Shown: piece by piece, positions 30,429 to 38,136 of the stretch
How positions within the stretch are numbered: the first letter of the stretch is position 1
Layout: every line of letters begins with the position of its first letter
Origin: an uncultured Actinomycetota bacterium
GTDB lineage: Bacteria > Actinomycetota > Actinomycetes > Mycobacteriales > Micromonosporaceae
NCBI GenBank assembly: GCA_963818495.1
Contig: CAWFSH010000012.1
Span: 73,008 to 137,007 of the forward strand
Direction of reading: 5' to 3'
Length of the DNA stretch: 64,000 bases
Program-made: the position numbers and the translations under genes
Notes under the pieces: model-generated
The model's database searches: none
What the model was told of the DNA's origin: nothing
The model's input: the letters and a program-made list of their open reading frames with translations, nothing else

Positions 30429-30962
30429 TTGCCGCCACTAGGATCGCCCATCATGAACCTCCCGGACCAGCCGAATCTCGCCCTGCGCGATCGCCGGATC
30501 GACGTCCTCTTCGCCGTTGTCTTCACCGCTTTCACGATCACATCGATCATCAGCGACCTGCTGCCGACGGTGGGCGTCGATTTTTCTCACCCTTCAGCAA
30601 ACTTCTTCGTTCAATCCAATTACTGGTACGCCCATGATGCCGACCCGTTGTTCATGACCCCACCCGACTGGATGCGAATCGTCACCGGATTGTCGGCGTT
30701 CGTCTATATGCCCTTCTACATCGTGCTCGTGTACGCGCTGTTGACCGGCCGGAACTGGATCCAGCTGCCATCTGTCATCTATGCCACGATGATCGCCGCG
30801 ATCACCGGTGTCATCGTGTTCGGTGTCGAGTTCTTCGGCGAAGCCGCGTTCCGGACCCACAATCCGGCCAAGTTCCTCGTCTTCAACCTGCCCTACGTAC
30901 TCATCCCGTTGCTCCTGCTCGTACGCATGCGCAAGCCCGTACCATTCGCCCGCCGATTCTGA
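30429..30962 (+). CDS. EXPERA-domain membrane protein, TMEM97 (sigma-2 receptor)/EBP-like; start may be 30453
   Basis: Aligns by eye along its whole length with human TMEM97. WYAHDADPLFMTPPDWMRIV...FVYMPFYIVLVYALLTGRNWIQLPSVIYATMIAAITGVIV...NLPYVLIPLLLLVRMRK compares with [21 protein letters not shown]...[38 protein letters not shown]...YAPYLLIPFILLIFMLR. Four predicted TM helices. Confidence 0.8.
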   Translation: MPPLGSPIMNLPDQPNLALRDRRIDVLFAVVFTAFTITSIISDLLPTVGVDFSHPSANFFVQSNYWYAHDADPLFMTPPDWMRIVTGLSAFVYMPFYIVLVYALLTGRNWIQLPSVIYATMIAAITGVIVFGVEFFGEAAFRTHNPAKFLVFNLPYVLIPLLLLVRMRKPVPFARRF

Positions 30963-30994
30963 GCCGATCCGGCGAGGCCGCTCCCGAGGCGACC

Positions 30995-31363
30995 TCACTC
31001 CGGCGCGTGGCACACGGCTTCGACGTTGTTGCCATCCGGATCCCGGACGAACGCGGCGAAATACGTCGGGTGATACTCCGGCCAGACGCGTGGCTCGTGA
31101 AGGATCTCGGCGCCGAGTTCGAGCGCGGCGTCGAAGAATGCCAGCACTGCCGCGCGCGTCGGAGCGGTGAAAGACACATGGCATTCGCGTGCCGGTCCCA
31201 TGGTCGTCGCGGCGCCGATCCAGAATTCCGGCCGGTCGATCCCATACCCGATGACATCACCGAAATCGAGGATGCGCGTGCCGCCGACCGTTGCCAGGAC
31301 GGCATCGTAGAAGGCCGTACTGGCAACAATGTCGTCGCACTGCAGAGACAGATGATCGATCAT
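30995..31363 (-). CDS. VOC family (glyoxalase-like) protein
   Basis: ATG at 31363: MIDHLSLQCDDIVASTAFYDAVLATVGGTRILDFGDVIGYG...HVSFTAPTRAAVLAFFDAALELGAEILHEP...FVRDPDGNNVEAV. Confidence 0.85.
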   Translation of the reverse strand: MIDHLSLQCDDIVASTAFYDAVLATVGGTRILDFGDVIGYGIDRPEFWIGAATTMGPARECHVSFTAPTRAAVLAFFDAALELGAEILHEPRVWPEYHPTYFAAFVRDPDGNNVEAVCHAPE

Positions 31364-31450
31364 GCGGACAGCGTCCCAGCCGATGCCGGACGTTGTCGGC
31401 GCCACGCCGTCCCAGCCACCGGCGAGCCGCGGAGGTGGCACACGACGCGG

Positions 31451-32131
31451 CTAACCGAGGGCCACTTTGTGCAGCGCCGCGAATTCGGCGCACAGTCGAT
31501 CCAGGGTGTAGTGGGCGTTGAGACCGCTCGGATTGGGCAGGATCCACACACCAGTGTCGCCGATCCGGTCGGGTTGCCGACCGACCGAGGCGTGCCGTCG
31601 CCCGTACGCCGATCGGTAGGCTGTCACGCCAAGCACCGCGAGCCACGCCGGCCGAAGCCGCATAACCTTGTCCGCTAACAGGTCGGCGCCGGCGGAGAGT
31701 TCGGCGGTCGTGAGTTCGTCGGCCCGAGCCGTACCCCGCGCGACCAGGTTCGTGATACCGAGTCCGTACGTCAACATCGACTCCTGCTCGGCCGGATCGA
31801 GTTGGCGCGGCGTGAACCCTCCTCGATGCAGAGCCGGCCAGAATCGATTGCCCGGCCGGGCGAAATGATGCGCCGTCGCGGCCGACCAGAGGCCCGGATT
31901 GATACCGCAAAAGACGACGGCGAGGCCGGATGCCAGCACGTCGGGGATGGCTCGGCCGTGGGCGGCCAGGAGATCGGCCTTCGTCGGGCGGGAAAGTGTC
32001 GGACGGGAAAGTGTCGGACGCGCAAGCCGAGGGATCGACGATCCGTCGGCCGGATCCGTCGCCGGCCCGACGGTCTCGCCCGCGTTGGCCGAACGGGAGG
32101 CGGGAGCGCCGCTTTGCCTCATGCTCGTCAC
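31451..32131 (-). CDS. mug: G/U mismatch-specific uracil-DNA glycosylase (family 2 UDG, Mug) with N-terminal extension
   Basis: VVFCGINPGLWSAATAHHFARPGNRFWPAL...GITNLVARGTARADEL...VLGVTAYR...WILPNPSGLNAHY. The N-terminus carries the RPTLSRPTLSRPT duplication. Confidence 0.88.
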   Translation of the reverse strand: MTSMRQSGAPASRSANAGETVGPATDPADGSSIPRLARPTLSRPTLSRPTKADLLAAHGRAIPDVLASGLAVVFCGINPGLWSAATAHHFARPGNRFWPALHRGGFTPRQLDPAEQESMLTYGLGITNLVARGTARADELTTAELSAGADLLADKVMRLRPAWLAVLGVTAYRSAYGRRHASVGRQPDRIGDTGVWILPNPSGLNAHYTLDRLCAEFAALHKVALG

Positions 32132-32493
32132 TCGTCCTCCACAGCGAGCGCCGCCAACAACTTGCCCAGTGCTGTTTGTGCCGTCGCAGAGACGTACGGA
32201 CCGACGGCGACGAGCGACGCGATGAGTGCGGATACCTCGCCCGGTGTCAAGGTCAACGGTGGCAAGGACGCCCGGGTGTTGATGCGGTAGCCACCGCCCG
32301 GGCCACGGCGTACCTCGACCGGCACTCCCGCGTCGGTCAGGCGAGCGAGGTCCCGCTCGACGGTGCGTACGGTGGTCCCGGTGCGGATGGCGAGATCGGT
32401 ACCTCGCACAAACCTCGGCGCACGGGCGCGTAACTCCTCGATCAGCGCATGTTGACGTTCGACGATCGGGATCGCCTGGTGCAGCTGCACCAT
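32128..32493 (-). CDS. HTH (HTH_11 / YafY-N-terminal-like) transcriptional regulator, no WYL domain
   Basis: ATG at 32493: MVQLHQAIPIVERQHALIEELRARAPRFVRGTDLAIRTGTTVRTVERDLARLTDAGVPVEVRRGPGGGYRI. The stop overlaps the mug start by 4 nt. Confidence 0.75.
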   Translation of the reverse strand: MVQLHQAIPIVERQHALIEELRARAPRFVRGTDLAIRTGTTVRTVERDLARLTDAGVPVEVRRGPGGGYRINTRASLPPLTLTPGEVSALIASLVAVGPYVSATAQTALGKLLAALAVEDE

Positions 32494-32855
32494 CCCGGGA
32501 ACACTCGCCGGGCCGACCAGTCGTCGCGGCCCGCGCCGTCGCCCCGGCCAGCTGACCACGCTCGCGATCTCCACCGACTCGGACAGGTCACCTGCGTCGA
32601 CAGCCGCCATGCCTCGCTGCCTCCCTGTCGCCGAAATTGCCTCGAATAACCGACGTAGCGCAGTCGGGCGCCTGATCATACGGTCAGTTCCGTGACCAGC
32701 CGTGACCGGCAAGGTCTGCTCCACCCGGCGACGGCCGATGGAGTGCGCGGAGACGTCCAGCGCGGCACCCTATTACACCGAATTTCAGGAGCCGTCACCC
32801 GTGGGCATCGAAACGAACGTCGACATATCCGTTACGACAGTACGAAACCGTCCCG

Positions 32856-34127
32856 TTGACCCGCACCGGCGATGACGACGGCCTGCGTCGCGACTTCAAC
32901 CGGCTCTGGCTGGGCCAAAGCATCTCGGCTTTCGGCACCCAGGTCACGACGCTGGCGTTGCCGTTGACCGCGGTGCTGTATCTGCACGCCACCGCGACAC
33001 AGATCGGGCTGCTCGGTGCGGCGCGTGAGCTTCCCGTCCTCGGTTTGATGCTGTTCTTCGGCGTCGTCGTCGACCGCATTCGGCGGCGACCGCTGATGAT
33101 CGGTGCCGACCTGGGACGGGCGGTCGCGATCGGTGCCGTACCGGTCCTCGCTTGGCTCGGCTATCTGCACATATCCGTGCTGTATCTGGTCGCGTTGGTG
33201 GTCGGCTGTCTCGCCGTCGTCTTCGGCCTCGCCTACCAGGCTTATTTGCCGACACTCGTGGGACCGGACCGCCTGCTTTCCAGCAACAGCCGCCTCCAGA
33301 CGACCCAGTCGCTGTCCGAGGTGGCGGGTCCCGGACTGGCCGGCCTCTTGGTGCAACTGGTCCGGGCGCCGTTCGCGCTGCTCGCCGACGCGCTGTCGTT
33401 TCTGGTCTCCGCGTGGAGCGTCGCCGTCATCCGTACCCCCGAACCGGCTGTGCAGCACGAACCCGCAGCGGACGACGGCAGTGTTGTCCGGCGGGTCTTC
33501 GCTGACATCCTCGATGGTCTCCGATTCACCGTCACGCACACGTTGCTGCGATCGATAGCCGGCGCGGCTGCGGTGTTCAACATCTTCGCCAGCATGATGT
33601 TGACGATCTTCGTGATCTACGCCGCGCGTGTTTCACACATGTCCGCAGGCGAGATCGGCCTGGTATTCGCCGGCTTCGGCGTCGGCGGCCTGGTCGCGGC
33701 CGCGCTCTTGGACCGTGCGCTGAGCCGCGTCGGGCCCGGGCGTCTCCTGCTCGGCGGGTACGTCATCGGCGCGGCCGCCATCGTCTCGCTGCCCTTCGTG
33801 GGCGGATCGGCGACGACGCGGACGATCATCTTTGCCGCGGTCTTCTTCATCGCCGGGTGCGCGATCGTCGCCGCCAACATCGTCGAGATGACGATCCGAC
33901 AGGCCGCGACGCCCAACGCGGTCCAGGGTCGGGTCGCCGCTGGGTTCGGGTTTCTGATCGGTGCGCTGACACCTATCGCCGCGATCGTCGCCGGCGTTCT
34001 CGGTGACCACATCGGTCTACGCGCGACGCTGTTCGTCGCTTCGGCGGGTGTGCCGCTTTCGCTGCCGTGGATCGTGTTCTCGAAGTTGCGGCGGGTTGAA
34101 TCCCTCGACAATCTCGGCGACCACTGA
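32856..34127 (+). CDS. MFS transporter (EntS/MFS_3-like)
   Basis: Intact 423 aa: FNRLWLGQSISAFGTQVTTLALPLTAVLYLHATATQIGLLGAARELPVLGLMLFFGVVVDRIRRRPLMI. 12-TM-like hydrophobicity. Confidence 0.9.
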   Translation: MTRTGDDDGLRRDFNRLWLGQSISAFGTQVTTLALPLTAVLYLHATATQIGLLGAARELPVLGLMLFFGVVVDRIRRRPLMIGADLGRAVAIGAVPVLAWLGYLHISVLYLVALVVGCLAVVFGLAYQAYLPTLVGPDRLLSSNSRLQTTQSLSEVAGPGLAGLLVQLVRAPFALLADALSFLVSAWSVAVIRTPEPAVQHEPAADDGSVVRRVFADILDGLRFTVTHTLLRSIAGAAAVFNIFASMMLTIFVIYAARVSHMSAGEIGLVFAGFGVGGLVAAALLDRALSRVGPGRLLLGGYVIGAAAIVSLPFVGGSATTRTIIFAAVFFIAGCAIVAANIVEMTIRQAATPNAVQGRVAAGFGFLIGALTPIAAIVAGVLGDHIGLRATLFVASAGVPLSLPWIVFSKLRRVESLDNLGDH

Positions 34128-34143
34128 CGTTGGTGGGTCCCCC

Positions 34144-34163
34144 GCGGCGACTCGCGTCGCCGC
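34144..34163 (+). terminator. hairpin after MFS gene (GCGGCGAC-TCGC-GTCGCCGC)
   Basis: Perfect 8-bp GC stem 17 nt after the stop. No U-tract. Confidence 0.4.
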
Positions 34164-34223
34164 ATCGCGAAACCGGTTGCGACGCCGACCGGTGCAGGCG
34201 AAGGTAGTCGCACACGCACCTAT

Positions 34224-34333
34224 CTCTCTGCACGCACCAGTGCGCGCAGAGAGGTAGGACCGTTCACGGCACGCTGTCTTTCGGCACGGCAGCAGTGCAT
34301 GCAGAGACGTAGAACCCTTCACGGCACTTTGTC
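34224..34333. repeat. 14-bp-arm palindrome plus 38-nt direct repeat
   Basis: CTCTCTGCACGCAC-CA-GTGCGCGCAGAGAG (34224-34253). TGCGCGCAGAGAGGTAGGACCGTTCACGGCACGCTGTC (34241-34278) is repeated as TGCATGCAGAGACGTAGAACCCTTCACGGCACTTTGTC (34296-34333). Confidence 0.75.
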
Positions 34334-34352
34334 CGAGCGGAGGTGATCTTGG

Positions 34353-34700
34353 CTAATCGAGTCGGGCGTGCCTGACAGGGGACGACGCCGACGGCAGTGC
34401 GGTTGGACGACACCTACCGGTGGCAGGCGGGGCAACCTTCCTGACAGTGGCTGGCTCAAAATCTCGGCGCAAAGAACATTTCGGTGACGAGACAAAACCA
34501 GCAGGGGTACGGATTCCCGGATGCAACAGGCCGGGATGAAGCAGGAACTGGAAGTAATCGCTGGCCCAAGAGGCCGGCGGTGAATCGGTCACTCGCCAAC
34601 CAAGCCTGCGAGCGCGCACCGCCGTGACCCGACGGTGAAGCGAGAGAGCAGACGGAACCCTGGGCCTTTCGAGTTTGAAGATCACTTCGACTCGTAAGGA
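34353..34700 (+). promoter_or_regulatory. candidate structured 5' leader / riboswitch-like RNA upstream of RNHCP gene (class unassigned)
   Basis: ~350 nt, less GC-rich by eye, with no protein-like ORF in any frame. Many local stems (CCCGG..CCGGG, GGCC-CAAGA-GGCC, CACCG..CGGTG). The motif CCTGACAG(G/T)GG is duplicated. Ends at a TAA directly before the RNHCP reading frame. Confidence 0.25.
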
Positions 34701-35048
34701 CCGGCCATCAGTAGGAACACCGAAAACACGCCGTTTGTCTGCACAAACTGCGGCGTGCCTGTCGCGCTGCTCACCGGCGGCAGCTACCGCAATCACTGCC
34801 CGGACTGCCTGTTCTCGCTACACGTTGACGTCCGGCCCGGCGACCGTGCGAATCCGTGCCGCGGTCTGATGGCGCCGATCGCGCTCGACCACCACCCGGC
34901 TAAGGGATACATGATCGTGCACCGATGCCTCCGGTGCGGACACGTCGGCCGCAACCGCGTCGCCGATCAGTCCGACAACATCGAGCGCCTCACGGCGTTG
35001 AGCGTGGCGACGACGCACGGCGTGCGCGACCAACGACGTCGCCGCTGA
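34701..35048 (+). CDS. RNHCP domain (zinc-ribbon) protein; start codon unclear
   Basis: ...NTPFVCTNCGVPVALLTGGSYRNHCPDCLFSLHVDVRPGDRANPCRGLMAPIALDHHPAKGYMIVHRCLRCGH. The first CxxC lies upstream of the GTG at 34755. There is no ATG/GTG/TTG between the in-frame TAA (34695) and that CxxC. Confidence 0.75.
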   Translation, partial: PAISRNTENTPFVCTNCGVPVALLTGGSYRNHCPDCLFSLHVDVRPGDRANPCRGLMAPIALDHHPAKGYMIVHRCLRCGHVGRNRVADQSDNIERLTALSVATTHGVRDQRRRR

Positions 35049-35063
35049 AGCAACGACTGACCC

Positions 35064-35708
35064 TCAGCCGCGGGGCACGTCGTCGCGGACGACGAGGCCG
35101 AGCGCGGCGGCGAAGGTCAACGCTTGCTGGACGTCGATGATCGCGCCGGTGATCGTCGAGGCTGTGGGGTCGATCGCGGACACGTCGGATCCGCGAAGGT
35201 CGGCGCGGCTCAGGTTGGCACCGTGCAGCCAAGCGCCGGACAGGTCCACGTTGTGGAGCAAGCCGTCCTGTAGCTGCGCCCCGGTCAGATCCACGTCGCG
35301 CATCCGCGTGCCCGCAATCGACGCTCGCCGGAGGTCGGCGCCGGCCAGCCCGACCAAGGACCAGTCGCCGCCGGCCACTTTGAGCAAGCCGAACGTACAG
35401 CGTTCGAAAATACTCCCGACGAACTTGCACTCGGTGAACGTCGCGTCGAAGAACGTGCTCGTGGCGAACGAGCAGTTCACGAACGCGGCCGACGTGTGGG
35501 TCGAGGCGTTGAAGCAGCAATCGCGAAACGTGCACTCGGAAAACGTGGCACCGGTATTCGTCGTGTCGAGAAAGTCGACGTCGACGAACGCGACGCGCTC
35601 GTACGTCTGGCCGGACAGGTCCGAGCCGGCCCAGTCGTCGCCGCGCACTTCGGACTCGGTCGGCGGTGCCGGCGCGCCGTGCTTGCGATCGGGCATACGC
35701 GACATCAT
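35064..35708 (-). CDS. pentapeptide-repeat protein (MfpA/Qnr-like)
   Basis: Intact 214 aa. Continuous A(D/N)LXX-type pentapeptide repeats: GSDLSGQTYERVAFVDVDFLDTTNTGATFSECTFRDCCFNAS...GADLRRASIAGTRMRDVDLTGAQLQDGLLHNVDLSGAWLHGANLSRADLRGSDV. Confidence 0.88.
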   Translation of the reverse strand: MMSRMPDRKHGAPAPPTESEVRGDDWAGSDLSGQTYERVAFVDVDFLDTTNTGATFSECTFRDCCFNASTHTSAAFVNCSFATSTFFDATFTECKFVGSIFERCTFGLLKVAGGDWSLVGLAGADLRRASIAGTRMRDVDLTGAQLQDGLLHNVDLSGAWLHGANLSRADLRGSDVSAIDPTASTITGAIIDVQQALTFAAALGLVVRDDVPRG

Positions 35709-35869
35709 CTCAAGTCGCGGCGTCAGTCTGGTGGGCCACTCGTCGCGCCGGCCGGGAAGGCGGCTGGGAATAGCCGCGTTTCGGGGTCATGTTGCCGTTA
35801 GCGGCAGCGCCGAATCGCCGCGATCGAGACTAGAGGAACGACCGAATCGACAGGACGGAGCTTCGCGAC

Positions 35870-36724
35870 ATGGTTGACGCACGGGTGATCGATAACCTTG
35901 GCACGTTCGGGGCCTTCCGGCGCTTCAGCGCGCTGACGCCGGAATTCGCCGTCGAGCTGGAACGGCTCGGATACGGCGCGATCTGGGTCGGCGGCTCGCC
36001 GGACGGCGACCTGCGGGTGATCGAGGATTACCTCGACGCGACCGCGACGATCATGGTCGCGACCGGGATCGTGAACATCTGGAAGGACGCACCCGAGTTG
36101 GTTGCCGCGTCGTTCCACCGGATCGAGAAGCGGCACCCGGGCCGATTCCTCCTGGGCATCGGCGTCGGACACCCCGAGGCGACCGGAGCTCGCTACACCA
36201 AGCCGTACGACGCGCTGGTCGGCTACCTCGACGCGCTCGACGAGGCACACGTACCCATGGATCGCCGGGTGTTGGCCGCCCTCGGACCACGCGTCCTGAA
36301 GCTGGCCGCGGAGCGCACCGCCGGCGCCCATCCCTATCTCGTGACGCCCGAACACACGCGCCGCGCGCGAGAGATCGTCGGCCCGGGCGTCCTGCTCGCG
36401 CCCGAACAGCGCGTCGTCCTGGCCGCCGACCCGGAAAAGGCCCGGGCAATCGGCCGTCCGACCGTCGAGAAGCCGTATCTCGGCCTGTCCAACTACACGC
36501 GCAACCTGCGCTCGCTCGGCTTCACCGACGAGGATCTCGCCGATGGTGGCAGCGACCGACTGATCGACGCACTGGTCGTCTACGGCGACCCGGCAGCCGT
36601 CGCGGCCGGCCTGACCAGACACATCGAGTCCGGCGCGAACCACGTCGCCGTCAATCTCATCACCGGTCCCGACGAGGATCCTGTCGCGGGGTTCGCCCAG
36701 CTCGCGTCCGCGCTCCCGAGCTGA
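35870..36724 (+). CDS. LLM-class F420-dependent oxidoreductase
   Basis: Intact 284 aa: LGTFGAFRRFSALTPEFAVELERLGYGAIWVGGSP...RFLLGIGVGH...GPRVLKLAAERTAGAHPYLVTPEHT...LVVYGDPAAVAAGLTRHIESGANHVAV. Confidence 0.85.
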   Translation: MVDARVIDNLGTFGAFRRFSALTPEFAVELERLGYGAIWVGGSPDGDLRVIEDYLDATATIMVATGIVNIWKDAPELVAASFHRIEKRHPGRFLLGIGVGHPEATGARYTKPYDALVGYLDALDEAHVPMDRRVLAALGPRVLKLAAERTAGAHPYLVTPEHTRRAREIVGPGVLLAPEQRVVLAADPEKARAIGRPTVEKPYLGLSNYTRNLRSLGFTDEDLADGGSDRLIDALVVYGDPAAVAAGLTRHIESGANHVAVNLITGPDEDPVAGFAQLASALPS

Positions 36725-36742
36725 GCCGTTCCCGGGCTTACC

Positions 36743-37543
36743 TCAGGCCTGGGCGATCTCGGCGACGAGTTCGCCGACGCGCCGGCACGCCGCGCGGTAG
36801 AGGCCCGCGCCGAAACTGACGCGAGCCACGCCGAGCGCGGCCAACTCCGCGATAGACGGGGTGTCCGCCGCGGCCAGGATGTTCACCGGCGCGCCGATCT
36901 CGTCGACGATCGCACGAATGTCGGCCGGCGACGTCATGCGGATCGGGTAGACGCAATCGGCGCCGGCCGAGACGTACAGCCGCGCTCGGCGGATCGCCTC
37001 GTCGAGCCGAGCCGTCGAGCCGCCACCGACCCCGACGCCATCGCGCAACACGTCGTCGAGGGCTATGTCATCCAGGAACGTGTCGATGCGCGCGTTGATG
37101 ACCAGGTCGATGCCGGCGGCGCGGGCGGATTCCCGTACGGCGGCGAGGAAATCGGCTTGCTGGTCGGCATCGACGAGCGTGCGCGCGGACGGCTCCGAGT
37201 CCTCGAGGTTGCAGCCGACCGCTCCGCTCGCCGCCAACCGCTCGACCAACTGCGCCGGCGGAAGTCCGTACCCCCGCTCGAAGTCGGCGGTGACCGGCAC
37301 GGACACCGCGCGGGCGATGCGGGCGACCGCATCGAGCATTTCCTCGACCGGCGCCGCCTCGCCGTCCGAATATCCGAGCGATTCAGCGACGGCCGCGCTG
37401 CTCGTGGCGACGGCGGCGAACCCCGCCGCCGCCACGATGCGTGCCGAGCCGGCGTCCCACGCGTTCGGCAGAACCAGCGGGCGCCCCGGCCGATGCAGGT
37501 CGCGTAGCCGCGACGCGGCCGCATTACTGACCGACGTCGTCAC
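36743..37543 (-). CDS. isocitrate lyase / PEP mutase superfamily enzyme
   Basis: GTG at 37543 overlaps the upstream stop (GTGA). LRDLHRPGRPLVLPNAWDAGSARIVAAAGFAAVATSSAAVAESLGYSDGE...VPVTADFERGYG...GAVGCNLEDS...INARID...YVSAGADCVYP. Confidence 0.85.
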   Translation of the reverse strand: MTTSVSNAAASRLRDLHRPGRPLVLPNAWDAGSARIVAAAGFAAVATSSAAVAESLGYSDGEAAPVEEMLDAVARIARAVSVPVTADFERGYGLPPAQLVERLAASGAVGCNLEDSEPSARTLVDADQQADFLAAVRESARAAGIDLVINARIDTFLDDIALDDVLRDGVGVGGGSTARLDEAIRRARLYVSAGADCVYPIRMTSPADIRAIVDEIGAPVNILAAADTPSIAELAALGVARVSFGAGLYRAACRRVGELVAEIAQA

Positions 37544-38067
37544 GACAGTGGCCACGCGCGCGCGGTCGCGCCGAGCCGGTTCCAGGCATTGATGACGGTG
37601 ATCACCCAGATCAGTTCGGCCAGCTCGACCTCGTCGAACTGCTCGGCGGCCGCCGCGAACACCTCGTCCGAGACCGGACCGTCGGTCAGCCGGGTCGCCG
37701 CCTCGGTCAGCGCCAGCGCCGCACGCTCCCGGGCGGTGAAGAACGGCGTGTCGCGCCACACCGGCAGCGCATAGAGCCGCTGCTCGGTCTCGCCACCCTT
37801 GCGTGCGTCGGCGGCATGCATGTCGACGCAGTACGCACACCCGTTCAGCTGGGAGGCGCGGGCCCGCACGAGCTCCTGCAACGGCGCCTCGACGCGCGTC
37901 TTCCGCGACGCCGCCTCCAGAGCGTTCATCGCCTTGTTGATGTGTGGCGCCAGTTCATCCACCGCGGAGCGGATGGTGTTCGACGTCGTGACGAGCTGGC
38001 TGGTCGGTTCGGTCGGCGTTGTTTGACTGGGCGCCGTTTGAACGGGCGCTGCTGTCTGCGTTGTCAT
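37540..38067 (-). CDS. carboxymuconolactone decarboxylase (AhpD-like) family protein; alternative start 38088
   Basis: LQELVRARASQLNGCAYCVDMHAADARKGGETEQRLYALPVWRDTPFFTARERAALALTEA (CxxC AhpD-like motif). Confidence 0.85.
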   Translation of the reverse strand: MTTQTAAPVQTAPSQTTPTEPTSQLVTTSNTIRSAVDELAPHINKAMNALEAASRKTRVEAPLQELVRARASQLNGCAYCVDMHAADARKGGETEQRLYALPVWRDTPFFTARERAALALTEAATRLTDGPVSDEVFAAAAEQFDEVELAELIWVITVINAWNRLGATARAWPLS

Positions 38068-38090
38068 GCCACCAACGGTATGGCTCAATC

Positions 38091-38133
38091 GGCCCTATAC
38101 TAAGGGCCAATACAACAACGAAAGATTGGGCCA
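38091..38133. promoter_or_regulatory. candidate MocR/PdxR-type operator (GGGCCA-type repeats)
   Basis: GGCCCT-ATACTA-AGGGCC inverted repeat (38091-38108), plus a further TTGGGCCA at 38126-38133. A/T-rich, in the 70-nt divergent intergenic region. Confidence 0.35.
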
Positions 38134-38136
38134 CTT

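Noticed and set aside
34353-34700. Assignment of the leader to a known RNA class (RNase P, SRP RNA, cobalamin, FMN, SAM-I, glycine, M-box, ydaO)
   Set aside because: Only short partial resemblances exist. Diagnostic cores are absent or only on the wrong strand: GGAAAGTCCGG for RNase P, GGAAGGAAGCAGC for SRP, and a B12 box with GCCACTG in the sense orientation. I therefore left it unassigned rather than named.
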